A stretch of DNA of 64,000 nucleotides from Phyllobates terribilis (GCF_046119375.1 NW_027362761.1:485584001-485648000); one strand, 5' to 3'; positions 40,787 through 53,576 are shown, counted from the stretch's first letter. Notes: generated from the sequence alone by a model not told the origin. Made by a program: numbers and translations.

Positions 40787-41899
40787 TATATGACGCCGTC
40801 ACACCTAGGTCTTGAGACTGTGCATTGCGGTCCGATCTCTGACCAATTGACACAGACGTCTGAATGCGCCCTAAGAGGGCACCACTTTATTCATTGGTTG
40901 TTTGTACATTTATTGGGACTGGCACCTACAGGGTTTTTGGAAGAGGAGGGTTGGCTGTTACCTCATTGTAGGTACATGGTACTGTTTTCAGCATAATGGC
41001 TTTTTAAATGTTTTTGTCTTTGACCTTTTTGTACATTTATGTAACAATATTTGTTAATATGGAAATCTATTTCGTATTCACATACCTCTTTTTCTCTTCC
41101 TCCCATGGACAGGTCAGTCCCGGACAACCCCTTTAACATTGCACAACCGAGAGATGTCACTAGCACTATTAAGACACTATAAACCTAAAGTCTTACCAGC
41201 TGCGGGGACACAGGGGTTATGTTCTCAGGATGCAGCTTTTACAAAGTTTTTATATAAAAAAAAAAGCTTTAAAAAAAAAAAAATAAAATCTTTGCAGCTT
41301 TGCAGGACAACAGCGAGAATATGAACTGTCTACTGTCTCATTTACGTTCAGCGGAAAGAATCCATATAAAGCAGGGATGTCAAACTCTAAACACAGAGGG
41401 CCAAAATGAAAAACTTTGACAAAGTCGTGGGCCAACAAGTATACAGTATAATGGACCTCCGCATAGTCCTCCATACAGAATAATGGGCCCCCGCATTGTC
41501 CTCCATACAGAATAATGGCCCCAAAAGGGGGGGGGGGGGGTTGTTTCTGGTGTCGGCGGACAAATATATTCACCCTGCGTGCCAGATTTGGCCCAAGGGC
41601 CGGAGTTTGACATGTATGATATAAAGCTTCCTTTATGCCTTCTGCATTTTAGTGGATTTTTTTCAGGCAGGTACAAAATGTCATGTACACACTCATGTTC
41701 TTTCTGCCTACAGAGAAATATATAAGGGAGGCAAAAAACACCAGCGACCCAAAACAAAGCGGAAAAAAGCAGACTGTTGGTACCGAGGATCATATATTAT
41801 TACTGACTCATAGCCGATGATTATTGGCAGCAGCCTTTTCAGAAAATAAAATGCAAAAAATTGAATGAAGAAAATGTAAAATATATACATATACATACA

Positions 41900-43526
41900 C
41901 AGTACAGACCAAAAGTTTGGACACACCTTTTCATTTAAAGATTTTTCTGCATTTTCATGACTATGGAAATTGTACATTCACACTGAAGGCATCAAAACTA
42001 TGAATTAACACATGTGGAATTATATACTTAACAAAAAAGTGTGAAACAACTGAAAATATGTCTTATATTCTAGGTTCTTCAAAGTAGCCACCTTTTGCTT
42101 TGATGACTGCTTTGCGCACTCTTGGCATTCTCTTGATGAGCTTCAAGAGGTAGTCACCGGAAATGGTCTTCCAACAATCTTGAAGGAGTTCCCAGAGATG
42201 CTTAGCACTTGTTGGCCCTTTTGCCTTCACTCTGCGGTCCAGCTCACCACAAACCATCTCGATTGGGTTCAGGTCTGGTGACTGTGGAGGCCAGGTCATC
42301 TGGAGTAGCACCCCATCACTCTCCTTCTTGGTCAAATATCCCTTACACAGCCTGGAGGTGTGTTTGGGGTCATTGTCCTGTTGAAAAATAAATGATGGTC
42401 CAACTAAACGCAAACCGGATGGAATAGCATGCCGTTGCAAGATGCTGTGGTAGCCATGCAGGTTCAGTATGCCTTCAATTTTGAATAAATCCCCAACAGT
42501 GTCACCAGCAGAGCACCCCCACACCATCACACCTCCTCCTCCATGCTTCACGGTGGGAACCAGGCATGTAGAGTCCATCCGTTCACCTTTTCTGCGTCGC
42601 ACAAAGACACGGTGGTTGGAACCAAAGATCTCAAATTTGGACTCCTCAGACCAAAGCACATATTTCCACTGGTCTAATGTCCATTCCTTGTGTTCTTTAG
42701 CCCAAACAAGTCTCTTCTGCTTGTTGCTTGTCATTAGCAGTGGTTTCCTAGCAGCTATTTTACCATGAAGGCCTGCTGCACAAAGTCTCCCCTTAACAGT
42801 TGTTGAAGAGATGTGTCTGCTGCTAGAACTCTGTGTGACATTGACCTGGTCTCTAATCTGAGCTGCTGTTAACCTGCGATTTCTGAGGCTGGTGACTCGG
42901 ATAAACTTATCCTCAGAAGCAGAGGTGACTCTTGGTCTTCCTTTCCTGGGGCGGTCCTCATGTGAGCCAATTTCTTTGTAGCGCTTGATGGTTTTTGCAA
43001 CTGCACTTGGGGACACTTTCAAAGTTTGCCCAATTTTTCAGACTGACTGACCTTCATTTCTTAAAGTAATGTTGGCCACTCGTTTTTCTTTCTTTAGCTG
43101 CTTTTTTCTTGCCATAATACAAATTCTAACAGTCTATTCAGTAGGACTATCAGCTGTGTATCCACCAGACTTCTGCACAACACAACTGATGGTCCCAACC
43201 CCATTTATAAGGCAAGAAATCCCACTTATTAAACCTGACAGGGCACACCTGTGAAGTGAAAACCATTTCCGGTGACTACCTCTTGAAGCTCATCAAGAGA
43301 ATGCCAAGAGTGTGCAAAGCAGTCATCAAAGCAAAAGGTGGCTACTTTGAAGAACCTAGAATATAAGACATATTTTCAGTTGTTTCACACTTTTTTGTTA
43401 AGTATATAATTCCACATGTGTTAATTCATAGTTTTGATGCCTTCAGTGTGAATGTACAATTTTGATAGTCATGAAAATACAGAAAAATCTATAAATGAGG
43501 TGTGGCCAAACTTTTGGTCTGTACTG
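41900..43526 (-). mobile_element. Tc1 DD38E (Intruder-type) copy 3, inactivated
   Basis: 268-bp TIRs; TGA at codon 26 (CGA in copy 2); first catalytic D reads E (WSEESK). Confidence 0.95.
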
Positions 43527-43940
43527 TATTATATATATAAAAAAAATTTTATTTATTTATTTTACCCAAAACATCTTGTAAGCAACCACACCCATGATCA
43601 CTGATGCCAAACGGACAGCCCTCATGGGCCGGATGTGCAGGAAGGGAGACAATTTACATGACGTAGCTGCACAGAGAGCTGCAATACCAGACACATCGCA
43701 CGGATAAGAGTGGCACGGTCTTTGGAATAACCTTACACAAGCATGAATAAATAAATTTAAATCTTGTAACTCCCGCATTGGCCACTGGCGATATTCTGGA
43801 CTCGTACTTCCTTTTCTTTTATGAAATCCACATGTACATTAGCAGCAATACACTGATCCAACCCTATATTCTGTACTGAAACATCTAATGCGCCTCTGGA
43901 AAGGTCATTTTGAGGGGAGGGGGAGCAAGACAGCTGTGAC

Positions 43941-44097
43941 CAGGGCTGTGGAGTCGGTAAGCCAAACCTCCGACTTCTCAATTTCCATGACACCAACTCC
44001 CTTATACGTGGCTCATGTTTAAGTGCTAAATTTACTGTAGCACAGATTCATCTCAGCTAAAAGTCTAGACCCTTAGATCAGTAGTAGGACATTTCAT
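43941..44097 (+). mobile_element. Left half of a CAGGGCTGTGGAGTCGG-TIR non-autonomous element, split by an L2 (continuation at ~47169-47203)
   Basis: Colinear with the complete copy at 49838-50150. Confidence 0.85.
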
Positions 44098-47000
44098 TCC
44101 CTCAAACTTCTGTCTCTCACTGAAACCTGGATCCAGCAGTCGGACACCACCGCCGCTGCAGCAGCTCTCTCCTATGGTGGCCTACATTTCTCTCATACCC
44201 CGCGACCTGACAACAGATCAGGTGGAGGTGTTGGTCTGCTTCTTTCAACAAAATGTACTTTTCAGGTTATCCCCCCTGTACCCTCCCTTATCTTCCCGTC
44301 CTTTGAGGCCCACACAGTCAGACTCTACCGGCCCTCCTCCCTGCGAGTGGCGGTTGTCTATCGCCCCCCAGGTCCCCCCCGTCAATTCCTGGATCACTTT
44401 GCTGCCTGGCTTACACATTTTCTATCCTGCGACATCCCCACGATAATCATGGGAGACTTTAACATCCCAATTGGCGATCCTCTTTCCCCATCTGCCACGC
44501 ATCTTTTATCACTAACCTCCTCCTTCGGCCTTTCACAGCTTGCTAATTCTCCTACACATGAGGACGGGAACACATTGGACCTGATCTTCTCCCGGCTTTG
44601 CTCAGTACATGACTTTACTAACTCTCCCCTTCCACTCTCTGACCATAATCTTCTTTCATTCTCTGTCAAGACACACCCACCATCCACACTTATAGAAATT
44701 TACGCGCCATTAACACCCAGAAATTTATAAAAAGGTTGCAATCATCATTGGCCCCAATCTCCTCCCTCTCATGTCCCGACTCTGCATTGAAGCATTATAA
44801 CAAAATAATGCTATGCGCCCTGGATGAAGCCGCACCTCCTACACAAAGAACAATTCGGCATAGATGGCGACAACCCTGGCACATGCCTCAAACACGTCTT
44901 CTCCAGAGGTACTCCAGGTGCGCTGAACGGCTGTGGAGAAAATCAAATCTGCCCGAAGATTTCCTCCATTATAAATTTATGCTGAAAACATATAACTCTG
45001 CCCTTCACCTCTCCAAACAAACCTACTTTAACAACCTCATCATCTCACTTTCCAATAATCCTAAACGACTCTTTGACATGTTTCATTCTCTCCTCAATCA
45101 AACAACACAGGCCCCGACCACCGACCTCAGCGCTGACGATCTGGCTAACTATTTCAAAGAAAAAATTGACCATATCCGACAGGAAATTTTCTCCCAATCC
45201 CCAAATGTTATGCATGCTCCCCCCCGCCACATTGTATCTTGCTCATTTTCTGACTTCGAACCAGTCACGGAAGATGAAGTGATCAGGCTCCTTGCATCTT
45301 CTCGCCCTACCACCTGCACCAGCGACCCTATTCCCTCACATCTCCTTCAGTCCCTTGCTCCAGCGGTCACCTCTCACCTAACTAAAATTTTCAACCTTTC
45401 CCTCTCATCTGGTATCTTTCCCTCTTCTTTTAAACACGCCAGCATACAACCATTACTTAAAAAACCATCCCTCGACCAGAACTGCACGGCCAACTACAGA
45501 CCTGTTTCCAATCTTCCCTTTATCTCTAAACTCCTGGAACGCCTGGTCCACTCCCGTCTAATCCGCTATCTCTCAGACAACTCTCTTCTTGACCCTTTAC
45601 AATCTGGTTTCCGCTCTTTACATTCTACTGAAACTGCCCTCACTAAAGTCTCTAATGATCTACTAACAGCTAAATCTAATGGTCACTACTCCCTGCTGAT
45701 TCTCCTGGATCTCTCTGCAGCATTCGACACTGTGGATCATCAGCTCCTCCTCACTATGCTCCGCACTATTGGCCTCAAGGACACGGTTCTCTCCTGGTTC
45801 TCCTCTTATCTCTCTGACCGCTCCTTCTCTGTGTCTTTTGCCGGCTCCTCCTCCTCCCTACTTCCTCTTACTGTCGGGGTTCCTCAAGGATCAGTCCTAG
45901 GCCCCCTTCTTTTCTCCTTATACACCGCTCCTATTGGACAAACAATCAGTAGATTCGGTTTTCAGTACCATCTCTATGCTGATGACACCCAATTATACAC
46001 CTCTGCTCCGGACATCTCCCCTGCATTACTACAAAAGACCAGTGATTGTCTTTCTGCTGTGTCTAACATTATGTCCTCCCTCTACCTAAAACTGAATCTG
46101 TCAAAAACTGAACTACTCGTCTTTCCTCCCTCCATTAATCTACCTGTGCCCGATATTGCCATCTCCGTTTGTGGCTCAACCATTACTCCCCAGCTACAAG
46201 CCCGCTGTCTTGGGGTCATTTTTGATTCAGATCTTTCTTTCACTCCTCACATTAAATCACTCGCTCGTTCATGTCATCTACACCTCAAAAACATCTCAAG
46301 AATCAGGACTTTTCTCACCTTTGACTCGGCAAAAACTCTTACTGTCGCTCTTATTCATTCTCGTCTTGACTATTGCAACTGTCTACTAATCGGTCTCCCT
46401 CTTACTAAACTCTCCCCTCTCCAATCCGTCCTGAACGCAGCAGCCAGGATCATATTCCTCGCCAACCGCTACTCAGATGCCTCTTCCCTGTGCCAGTCAT
46501 TGCATTGGTTGCCCATCCAATATAGAGTTTGTTTTAAACTTATCACGCTTACCCACAAAGCGCTCCATGCTTCAATACCCCCCTACATCTCCTCCCTTGT
46601 CTCAGTCTACCACCCTACACGTGCCCTTCGTTCTGCAAATGACTTGAAACTAAAATCCTCCATAATCCGAACTTCCCACTCCCGCCTCCAAGATTTCTCG
46701 CGTGCTGCGCCAATTCTCTGGAATGCACTACCCAGGACAGTTCGATTAATTCCCAATACCCACAGTTTCAAGCGAACCCTAAAAACACATTTCTTTAGAC
46801 TGGCGTATCACCTAAACACACTCTGTCCATCCCAGCTTTCCCCCATATTAAAATCTTCTTCAACTTCGGGTTCAAACCAACCATGCACATAAAAGCCTCT
46901 GTCAGGACTGCACACATACTGGCTGGCGACCAGTCCATGTATTATTATTTATCCTATTCAGTATATCAAGGCTGCATTATACAATATATGTACTTTTACC

Positions 47001-47168
47001 TTTTGTGTCTCCCCCACTTCCTCATAGACTGTAAGCTCGCGAGCAGGGCCCTCACTCCTTTCGATATGAGATATGCTTATTCTGTATTGTCTGTATAAGT
47101 CCCCCCTAAAATTTGTAAAGTGCTGCGGAATATGTTGGCGCTATAAAAAAATAAATTATTATTATTAT
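44098..47168 (+). mobile_element. 5'-truncated L2-clade LINE
   Basis: APE remnant (LTETW...VYRPP...MGDFN...TLDL); 718-aa RT ORF 44736-46892 with [37 protein letters not shown] and YADD; L2-type 3' end with (ATT)n tail. Confidence 0.95.
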
Positions 47169-47442
47169 AACTTTCCCAAATTCTGATGAAAAAATATTCC
47201 CCAATGGAGGCGGTAACCACTGATACCAATAGAACTGAACCCGCGCCAGCTGTATGTTACAGATGACTCAGCTACAATGGTCTGTGCGATTTATTATCTC
47301 AGCATCTTAAAAAGGGCTTTTCCACTACAATTTGACCTCCTTTCATATTCCTTAATCTGCCTAATAATCACTTTTCCAATATACATTTATTCCCTGGGCT
47401 GCTTCTATGAGCGCATCTCTGTGTGGGTCATATAACCCTTAA

Positions 47443-47831
47443 AGAGATTTCCACTACTTTAGCATTGATGACCTATCCTCTGGATAGGTCATCAATGTCT
47501 GATTGGCCGGGGTCCGACACCCATGACCCCCACTGATCAGCTGTTATCGGCCGGAAGTGCTAACTTGCAGAGCTGCTCTGTGTTCTGATAGTGGCAGAAG
47601 CTGGGTACTGCACATCTGCATCCTAACCAAATCAATGAGGCGGATGTGCAGTACCCTGCGGCGGCCACTATCAGAGGACAGAGCAGCTCTGCAAGTGAGT
47701 ACTTCTGGCTGGCGGCAGCCGACACTGATAACAGTTGATCGGCTGGGTGCTGGTGCCAGACCCCGACTGATCAGACGTTGATGATCTATCCTAAGGATAA
47801 GTAATCAATTTAAAAGTAGTGGGCAACCTCT
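47443..47831. mobile_element. Palindromic TTAA-type MITE
   Basis: TTAA|AGAGATTTCCACTACTTT at left is inverted to AAAAGTAGTGGGCAACCTCTT at right. Confidence 0.7.
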
Positions 47832-48807
47832 TGTCATGTAGCCTCTTCTTTCTGCTCTGGGCAATGGAATCAAACAAAAGGCCTATATGATGGGGGCACA
47901 GCTGCCTTTAAATGATTGATAGGAGTCAGAGCACACATGCTCAGACCGCAGAAATACAGTCCTCCTCCGCATGGGTCCTGGCGATGCTTTGGAGCACCGG
48001 CCTTTCAGCTGATGTGTGCTGCTTGTCATCAGAAAGCATATCATACTGCTTGTCAACTGCTGACGTGCTAAAGCAATGTACACCGTGTATTGCCAAGCTC
48101 AGATCAGGCTTCACTGCCCTCCTCTGCCTGGATCCTGCTGATGCTTTGGAGCTGACAAGCAGCACTTGTCAGCTGAAGGATCGGCAGGATCAGAGGAGAG
48201 TGAAGCCTGATGTGAGCGCGCTCAGACTGCTGTCAATCACTGAAAGATAGCTCAGCCTATTAGTAACATCCTCGTCTTCTTCGTCCAATTCCGGTGCCCA
48301 GATCAGAAGAGCAGGCAGCCAAGACTTCAGGACAACAAAGGGTTATGTGACCCCACAGAGAAGCAATCAGAGAAGGTAATAACAGTATATTAGAAGGCAG
48401 TTAGGACATATGGAGGGGGTCGTATAGTAGAAGACCCCTCGACGTCTTACATGCAGCAGTGAGTAACCAGCGCGGCGTCTGAGCGGTCAGACACAGGCAC
48501 AGACGCACTTCAGTTATTCCCAGAGGAGCTTTAGACACAACAGTGGCTTTAGGAAAAAGTGGTTTTACTGTGCAAGACTAATAAAGTTTAAAAAAACAAC
48601 ATAAGACGTGGTGTGAGCATAACATGGCACCATACCTGAGTCCTGGAACATGATGGCCACTACTGTCTGCTGGGCCCGGGGGGAAAGACCCGCACCTGAA
48701 GCTGCAGAGGAGCACAGACTGTACCGGTATAACAGCATTCAGTGCAGCCCGGGGACCTGCCAGCTGCAGGCTGAGGCCCGCTGCTCCCCCACAGCCCCAT
48801 CACTTAC

Positions 48808-48960
48808 CTGATCTGAACGCTATTGTTATATTATTGTCTCTCGTCACTTCCCGTCTGACGTCATCCTGACACGACACCCGGCCTTGCCCCTATCTGCTGT
48901 CCCCGTATTCTCGGGCTCGCTGTACATTGCTGGTTCCGCCATTTGCCCAACAGTTGGATA
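48808..48960 (-). other. ANKRA2: ANKRA2 non-coding exon 1 (5' end approximate)
   Basis: Consensus donor CAG|GTAAGT at 48807 within the CpG-rich region. Confidence 0.7.
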
Positions 48961-49150
48961 ATTCTGTCTGTTCTCACTCAGAAGGTCTCCCGGGCCATCC
49001 AACCGGAGACAGTGACGTCAAATCATCGCGACCTTCCCGGAAGTACGTCATGAAGCAAGATGGCCGCTCGCGTGGGTGATTCCGGCAACGTGACTCGCCG
49101 GTGGTGAAGTGGACGAAACGTGTGTGCTGGTGCCGGGCACTGGGGTACGT
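48840..49150. promoter_or_regulatory. CpG-rich bidirectional promoter of ANKRA2 and UTP15
   Basis: TGACGTCA at 48856 and 49013; CCGGAAGT at 49037; YY1-like CAAATGGCGG (minus, 48936-48945) and CAAGATGGCCG (plus, 49056-49066). Confidence 0.85.
49050..49144 (+). other. UTP15: UTP15 non-coding exon 1 (both ends uncertain)
   Basis: Candidate donor G|GTACGT at 49145; exon 2 has an acceptor upstream of its ATG, so an upstream exon is required. Confidence 0.4.
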
Positions 49151-49284
49151 GACCGGGGGGTTATAGCTGATGTGTTATTGTCTCTGCAGCGGCGCTATTA
49201 CCGGTCACACTGGGCGCTCACAGCGGATCACAGATACTGCCGGCCGCGTGATCACATGGTGCAGCCGCTGCCTGGCCAACCCGT

Positions 49285-49500
49285 GGGCAGCACACGGCCT
49301 CAGTGGTTAGCAGTGCAGCGCTGGGATCAGATCAAAGAGCAACATCTGCTAGGAGTTTGTGTGGGTTTCCTCCCAAACGCCAAACACATACTGATAGGGA
49401 ATGTAGGTTGTGAGCCCCAATGGGGACAGTGATGAGGATAATGAAGTATGTACAGTGTTGTGGAATATGATGGTGCTATATCAGCAAAGTATAATAAATA
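49285..49500 (+). mobile_element. Internally deleted tRNA-derived V-SINE with L2-like tail
   Basis: GGCAGCAC..CTCAGTGGTTAGCA (A box), GTGGGTTTCCTCCC, ATACTGATAGGGAAT..TGTGAGCCCCAATGGGGACAG and a 3' AATAAATA tail. Confidence 0.75.
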
Positions 49501-49837
49501 ACCCTGGTGCCCCCCACTGCTGATCTAATAATCTCTATGTGTAGTGTGATGTTGGCGGACCCCAGTATGCCCAGAGCACAGAATTACTAGTCAGGCTGCA
49601 GTAGTTCTGAGCGTCCTTTATCTGATCACTGCCTGTGGTTGGGAAAGGTCATTTTACATAGGCAGAATAAGAGTAACAAGTAGTGCTGGGCAGTCTGGCT
49701 CTTTTTGGGGAGCTGGGTCATATGGATCCCTGTTTAATATGTGTTCACCCCCAGTCTGATGATGTCGAAACTCAGGGGGCAGGTGGGTGGGCTTTCATTT
49801 CCCTCAGCATCCAAACAAGTTGATTTTACTCCCAGTG

Positions 49838-50150
49838 CAGGGCTGTGGAGTCGGTAAGCCAAACCTCCGACTCCTCAATTTCCATGACACAGACTCCCCC
49901 ATACATGGCTCATGTTTAAGTGATAAATTTACTGTAGCACAGATTCATCTCAGCTAAAAGTCTAGACCCTTAGATCAGGAATAGGACAGACATTTATAGC
50001 ACATTTCATAACTTTCCCAAATTCTTATGAAAAAATATTCCCTACAAACTGCATTGAGCTACTGTACCCAATTTATTATATATTTTAAGAGTCGGAATCG
50101 GTCCATTTTATACCGACTCCACCAAAATGGGCTCCGAATCCACAGCCCTG
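49838..50150. mobile_element. 313-bp non-autonomous TIR element with 6-bp TSD CCAGTG
   Basis: CCAGTG|CAGGGCTGTGGAGTCGG...CCGAATCCACAGCCCTG|CCAGTG. Confidence 0.85.
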
Positions 50151-51237
50151 CCAGTGACTCCCATTCAGATACTGCAAATGGCTCTTACTGGAGTGCCATC
50201 GTTCACTGAAGGGAGCCGTCTCTTTGTGCCAGATAGGTCGCAAATGACCCATCACTAGTGACAAGCCTCATTTGTGCGTTCTCGCGTGTCATGCCCACGT
50301 AAACATATTTGATTAGCCAAAAGTCTGGTGCTACTGGAGCTCTGGACTTTCCCATCTGCGATTGAGTGTCAGGTCCAGCATCCATACAGGAGATCATAAT
50401 AACCATTACTGCTAAGCAGAGGGGAAGAGGTCACTTCACAGAGTCCAGGACACTTCACACTAAGGAAACACCCAGCAAACACTTTACTCCGATGGTTAAA
50501 GGGGTTTTCCTAAAATCACAAGTTATCCTCTATCCTATTCATAAAGATATAGCTTACTGATCATTGGGGGCCCAACTGCTGGGACCCTCAACGATCTTGA
50601 CAACAGAGGTCTGTAAAGCCCCGTCTTTAGTGAAGCAGAGTTGTGCATTATTACCCTCTGCTTCCATCATTGATTTTATAACAGGATGGCTGCAAATAGT
50701 GGAGCAATGTTCTCCTCTTCCTCCAGCAGTCCCAAAACCAATGAGTGAAACGGAGGTCAAGCTCCTGCACCCTCTGCTCCATCCAAGACGTTCTTCTACA
50801 GAGCCCTTGGGATTGCTGATGGCCTGAGCAGTTGGATGCCCACTGATTAGCAAGTTATTCTTCTAAACATAGGATAGATGATATCTTGTGATTTTCGAGA
50901 AACCCACTAGTGTGTCTGTCCACCCACCTATACATGTTATAAACGCTTTACATGTCACCAGTCTTAATGCTGTCAGCAGTTTTGAGGGGTCAGTACATTA
51001 ATAAGAAATGCGGATAACACAATTTCATTCAAATAAACAAATCTGCACAGACCTAAAGCTACAAGTAACACACGCAGATCCAGCTGATATTTCCTCTTCT
51101 ACATCTTTTTATATTCAATTCACTGTTATTCTCCCGTGTTTTGTTACTCCTCTTCCTGACCTGATCCTTTAAATGTTCTAGGTGTTTGAGGAAAATAAAA
51201 GCAGAGCACGTTACCTTATAAATCCTGGAGCAGGAAG

Positions 51238-51327
51238 ATGCCATCCTACAAGCCTGTTGCCATCCCCTTGTATCCGAAACTCGGGGAGAAGATCACCCAG
51301 GACACTCTGTACTGGAAGCGATACAAG
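51238..51327 (+). CDS. UTP15: UTP15 first coding segment (exon starts at 51182): [30 protein letters not shown]
   Basis: Matches the UTP15 N-terminus ([11 protein letters not shown]); donor GTAATG. Confidence 0.96.
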
Positions 51328-52223
51328 GTAATGTTCAGAAGAGAGGTTCTGATTGTCAGGAGGGCACAAGTGTGACACATATGTCATTATTCATAGCAGG
51401 AGCTTTTACAGACTCATTCTGTTGTTCATTTTTTATCTAATTTCAGTTTTTACTTTTTTCTTACACTTTTGTTTCCAGTTGTGTCCGTGCTTTGATGGAG
51501 CTATTTGATTTGTCTGAAACTTGGCACCACATAATGGATAAAATTTCTTTATACAGATGTCTCTAATTCTAGAGCGCGATGTGGTATATTAATCATAGTT
51601 ATGACTGTAGTTTCTAGCACAATTGCATTGAAAAGATTCTGAGCGGAGTGCCATACTTATATCACTGTAATAGCAGACACATACCCTCTGATTTGTCAGG
51701 CAATTGGTTTGACCCAGGATGTTTAGCAAGTTATGCACCTCCCTGTATATGCAGCAGATATACCATATATTTGAGTATTTGCTCTTGCCACATTGCAGTT
51801 TTGTGCTTTCCCAGAAGACTTATAACTTGTCTTGGAAGTCTAACTGAAAAATTTTAATATTCAGATTTTGGGTACTGATGTGCAATCCATTATGCTTGCC
51901 AATCTGTTCCGTACCTTGAATGCTGGTGTTCCTGATGTCATCTGGGAAGGTGGCGCTCTAATAAGTGAAGCCAGTGCTGGCCACAACTGGGAGTGTATAC
52001 TTATTTTATCGGCCTTCAGCTCGATCTCGAGCCATGGAGGATTGATGGATGAAGATCGATCTGAACAAATAAATTAATTTTGGAACAAATCAAGACAGAC
52101 ATGTCACTCAAAGCAAGGATCACCAAGCTACAACTTGCCTACTTTGAACACATCATATGAAGAGAGCAATCACTGGAGGAGGACATAGTGGTCGGAAGAA
52201 TAGAAGGGAGAATATATAGGAAT

Positions 52224-52453
52224 TGCCAAAAGATAGAAGCATTGAAAAAAGGAGTGCCACTCACCACTGATATGTGAATAATCAACACGTTATTCGGTCA
52301 TTATTAGAGGGCAGAAGAAGCGTAGTTTACGTGAAGCAGCTCATTCATTCCTTGTGTCTCTGCTCCTCATGTAGGGACCGAATAATGTGCTGATTATTCA
52401 CATACAAGTGGTGAGTGCCGCTCCTTTTTTTCAATGCTTGTATCTTTTTGCAC
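52224..52453. repeat. Imperfect inverted repeat (~75-bp arms), MITE-like hairpin in UTP15 intron 2
   Basis: AAGCATTGAAAAAAGGAG..CACTCACCAC..TTATTCGGTC versus its reverse complement at 52376-52439. Confidence 0.8.
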
Positions 52454-52843
52454 TTTTATGCTCTGACCCTTTTTGAGCTGCACACCACCTGATCTTGTTG
52501 CCCCCTCTTCCTACTTACCCTATGGTGCTTCCTGATGGAACGCTGTATCAGTGTGGCAGCAGTGCCAGCGTTTCTACCTCTTTTATATAGGAATTAGTAC
52601 GACTGCTCTTATAGGAAGGTTGACGAGTCTTATGATAGTTCTGCTCGGTTATCACATCAGACCAGCACAGACCTCACAGGCTAGAAGGATACAAGAGGGG
52701 ATCTCGGAAATGGTGATTTTCATGCAGGAAGGGCTCCATTACTGGGTGAAGAAGTGACATTTTCTCTTCTGGAAAAAGCCTTTTGATACGTCGTTTGTTA
52801 TTTCGGCTGTGACTTTTTCTGTCCTTTGTTCTGTCTTTATTAG

Positions 52844-52936
52844 ACTCCTGTTCAGATCAAGGAATTTGGGGCTGTAACAAAAATTGACTTTTCACCAGCT
52901 GAGCCATGTAATTACGCAGTCACAGCATCTACCAGG
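52844..52936 (+). CDS. UTP15: UTP15 exon 3 ([31 protein letters not shown])
   Basis: AG/GT boundaries, 93 nt. Confidence 0.97.
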
Positions 52937-53576
52937 GTAAGTTGGCAAATGGTAGTAATATTTCATAAGATGAAACGCGACAAACCATTTTCGTTGCAGC
53001 CATTGTTAATTTTCCCTTCTTCGTCTACTAAAAGCCTTTTTTGTATCTTTTGCTTTAAATTAAGTGCATTGTGTACCTGTCAGCAGTTTTTGCTATGTAA
53101 TCTCAGAGTAGGAGGATCTTGGGGCCCCTTTTCCAGTGATTTGTCACTAGGCTATTTTTTGTTTCAATACAATCAGTGTTTTATCAGCAGGAGATTATCA
53201 CTGCAGGACTAGGTTTTTCGTGCCTCCTGGTCACCTGCTCTGTGTAACATTGTCCCCAGTACTGATTGGCAGTTTTCTGCCTATGCACAGTGTTCGCTGA
53301 AAGCTGCCAGTGGTGTGAGCAGGGTTATACGGGGCTCAGTATTCTGAGTACTACTTGATCTACAGCAGAGAAAACTGCGATTGTAACCAAATGACAGCAA
53401 GTGACGCATCGCTGGAATCAGTGTCCCAGCTCTTACATACTGTTGCTCTACGATTACACAGCAAAACCTGTTGACAGATTCCCTTTAAGAGTAGAAAGAA
53501 AGGAAACACAACATTTACAGCGTTGAACCTTCAGCCTCATCAGTCCTGTTATTAGATTGTTGTTTTTCTTCTTCAG

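Noticed and set aside
49750-49780. CTGATGA-TGTC-GAAAC motif (hammerhead or box C-like) in UTP15 intron 1
   Set aside because: No stem II or III can form, and no box D with a terminal stem was found; likely chance.
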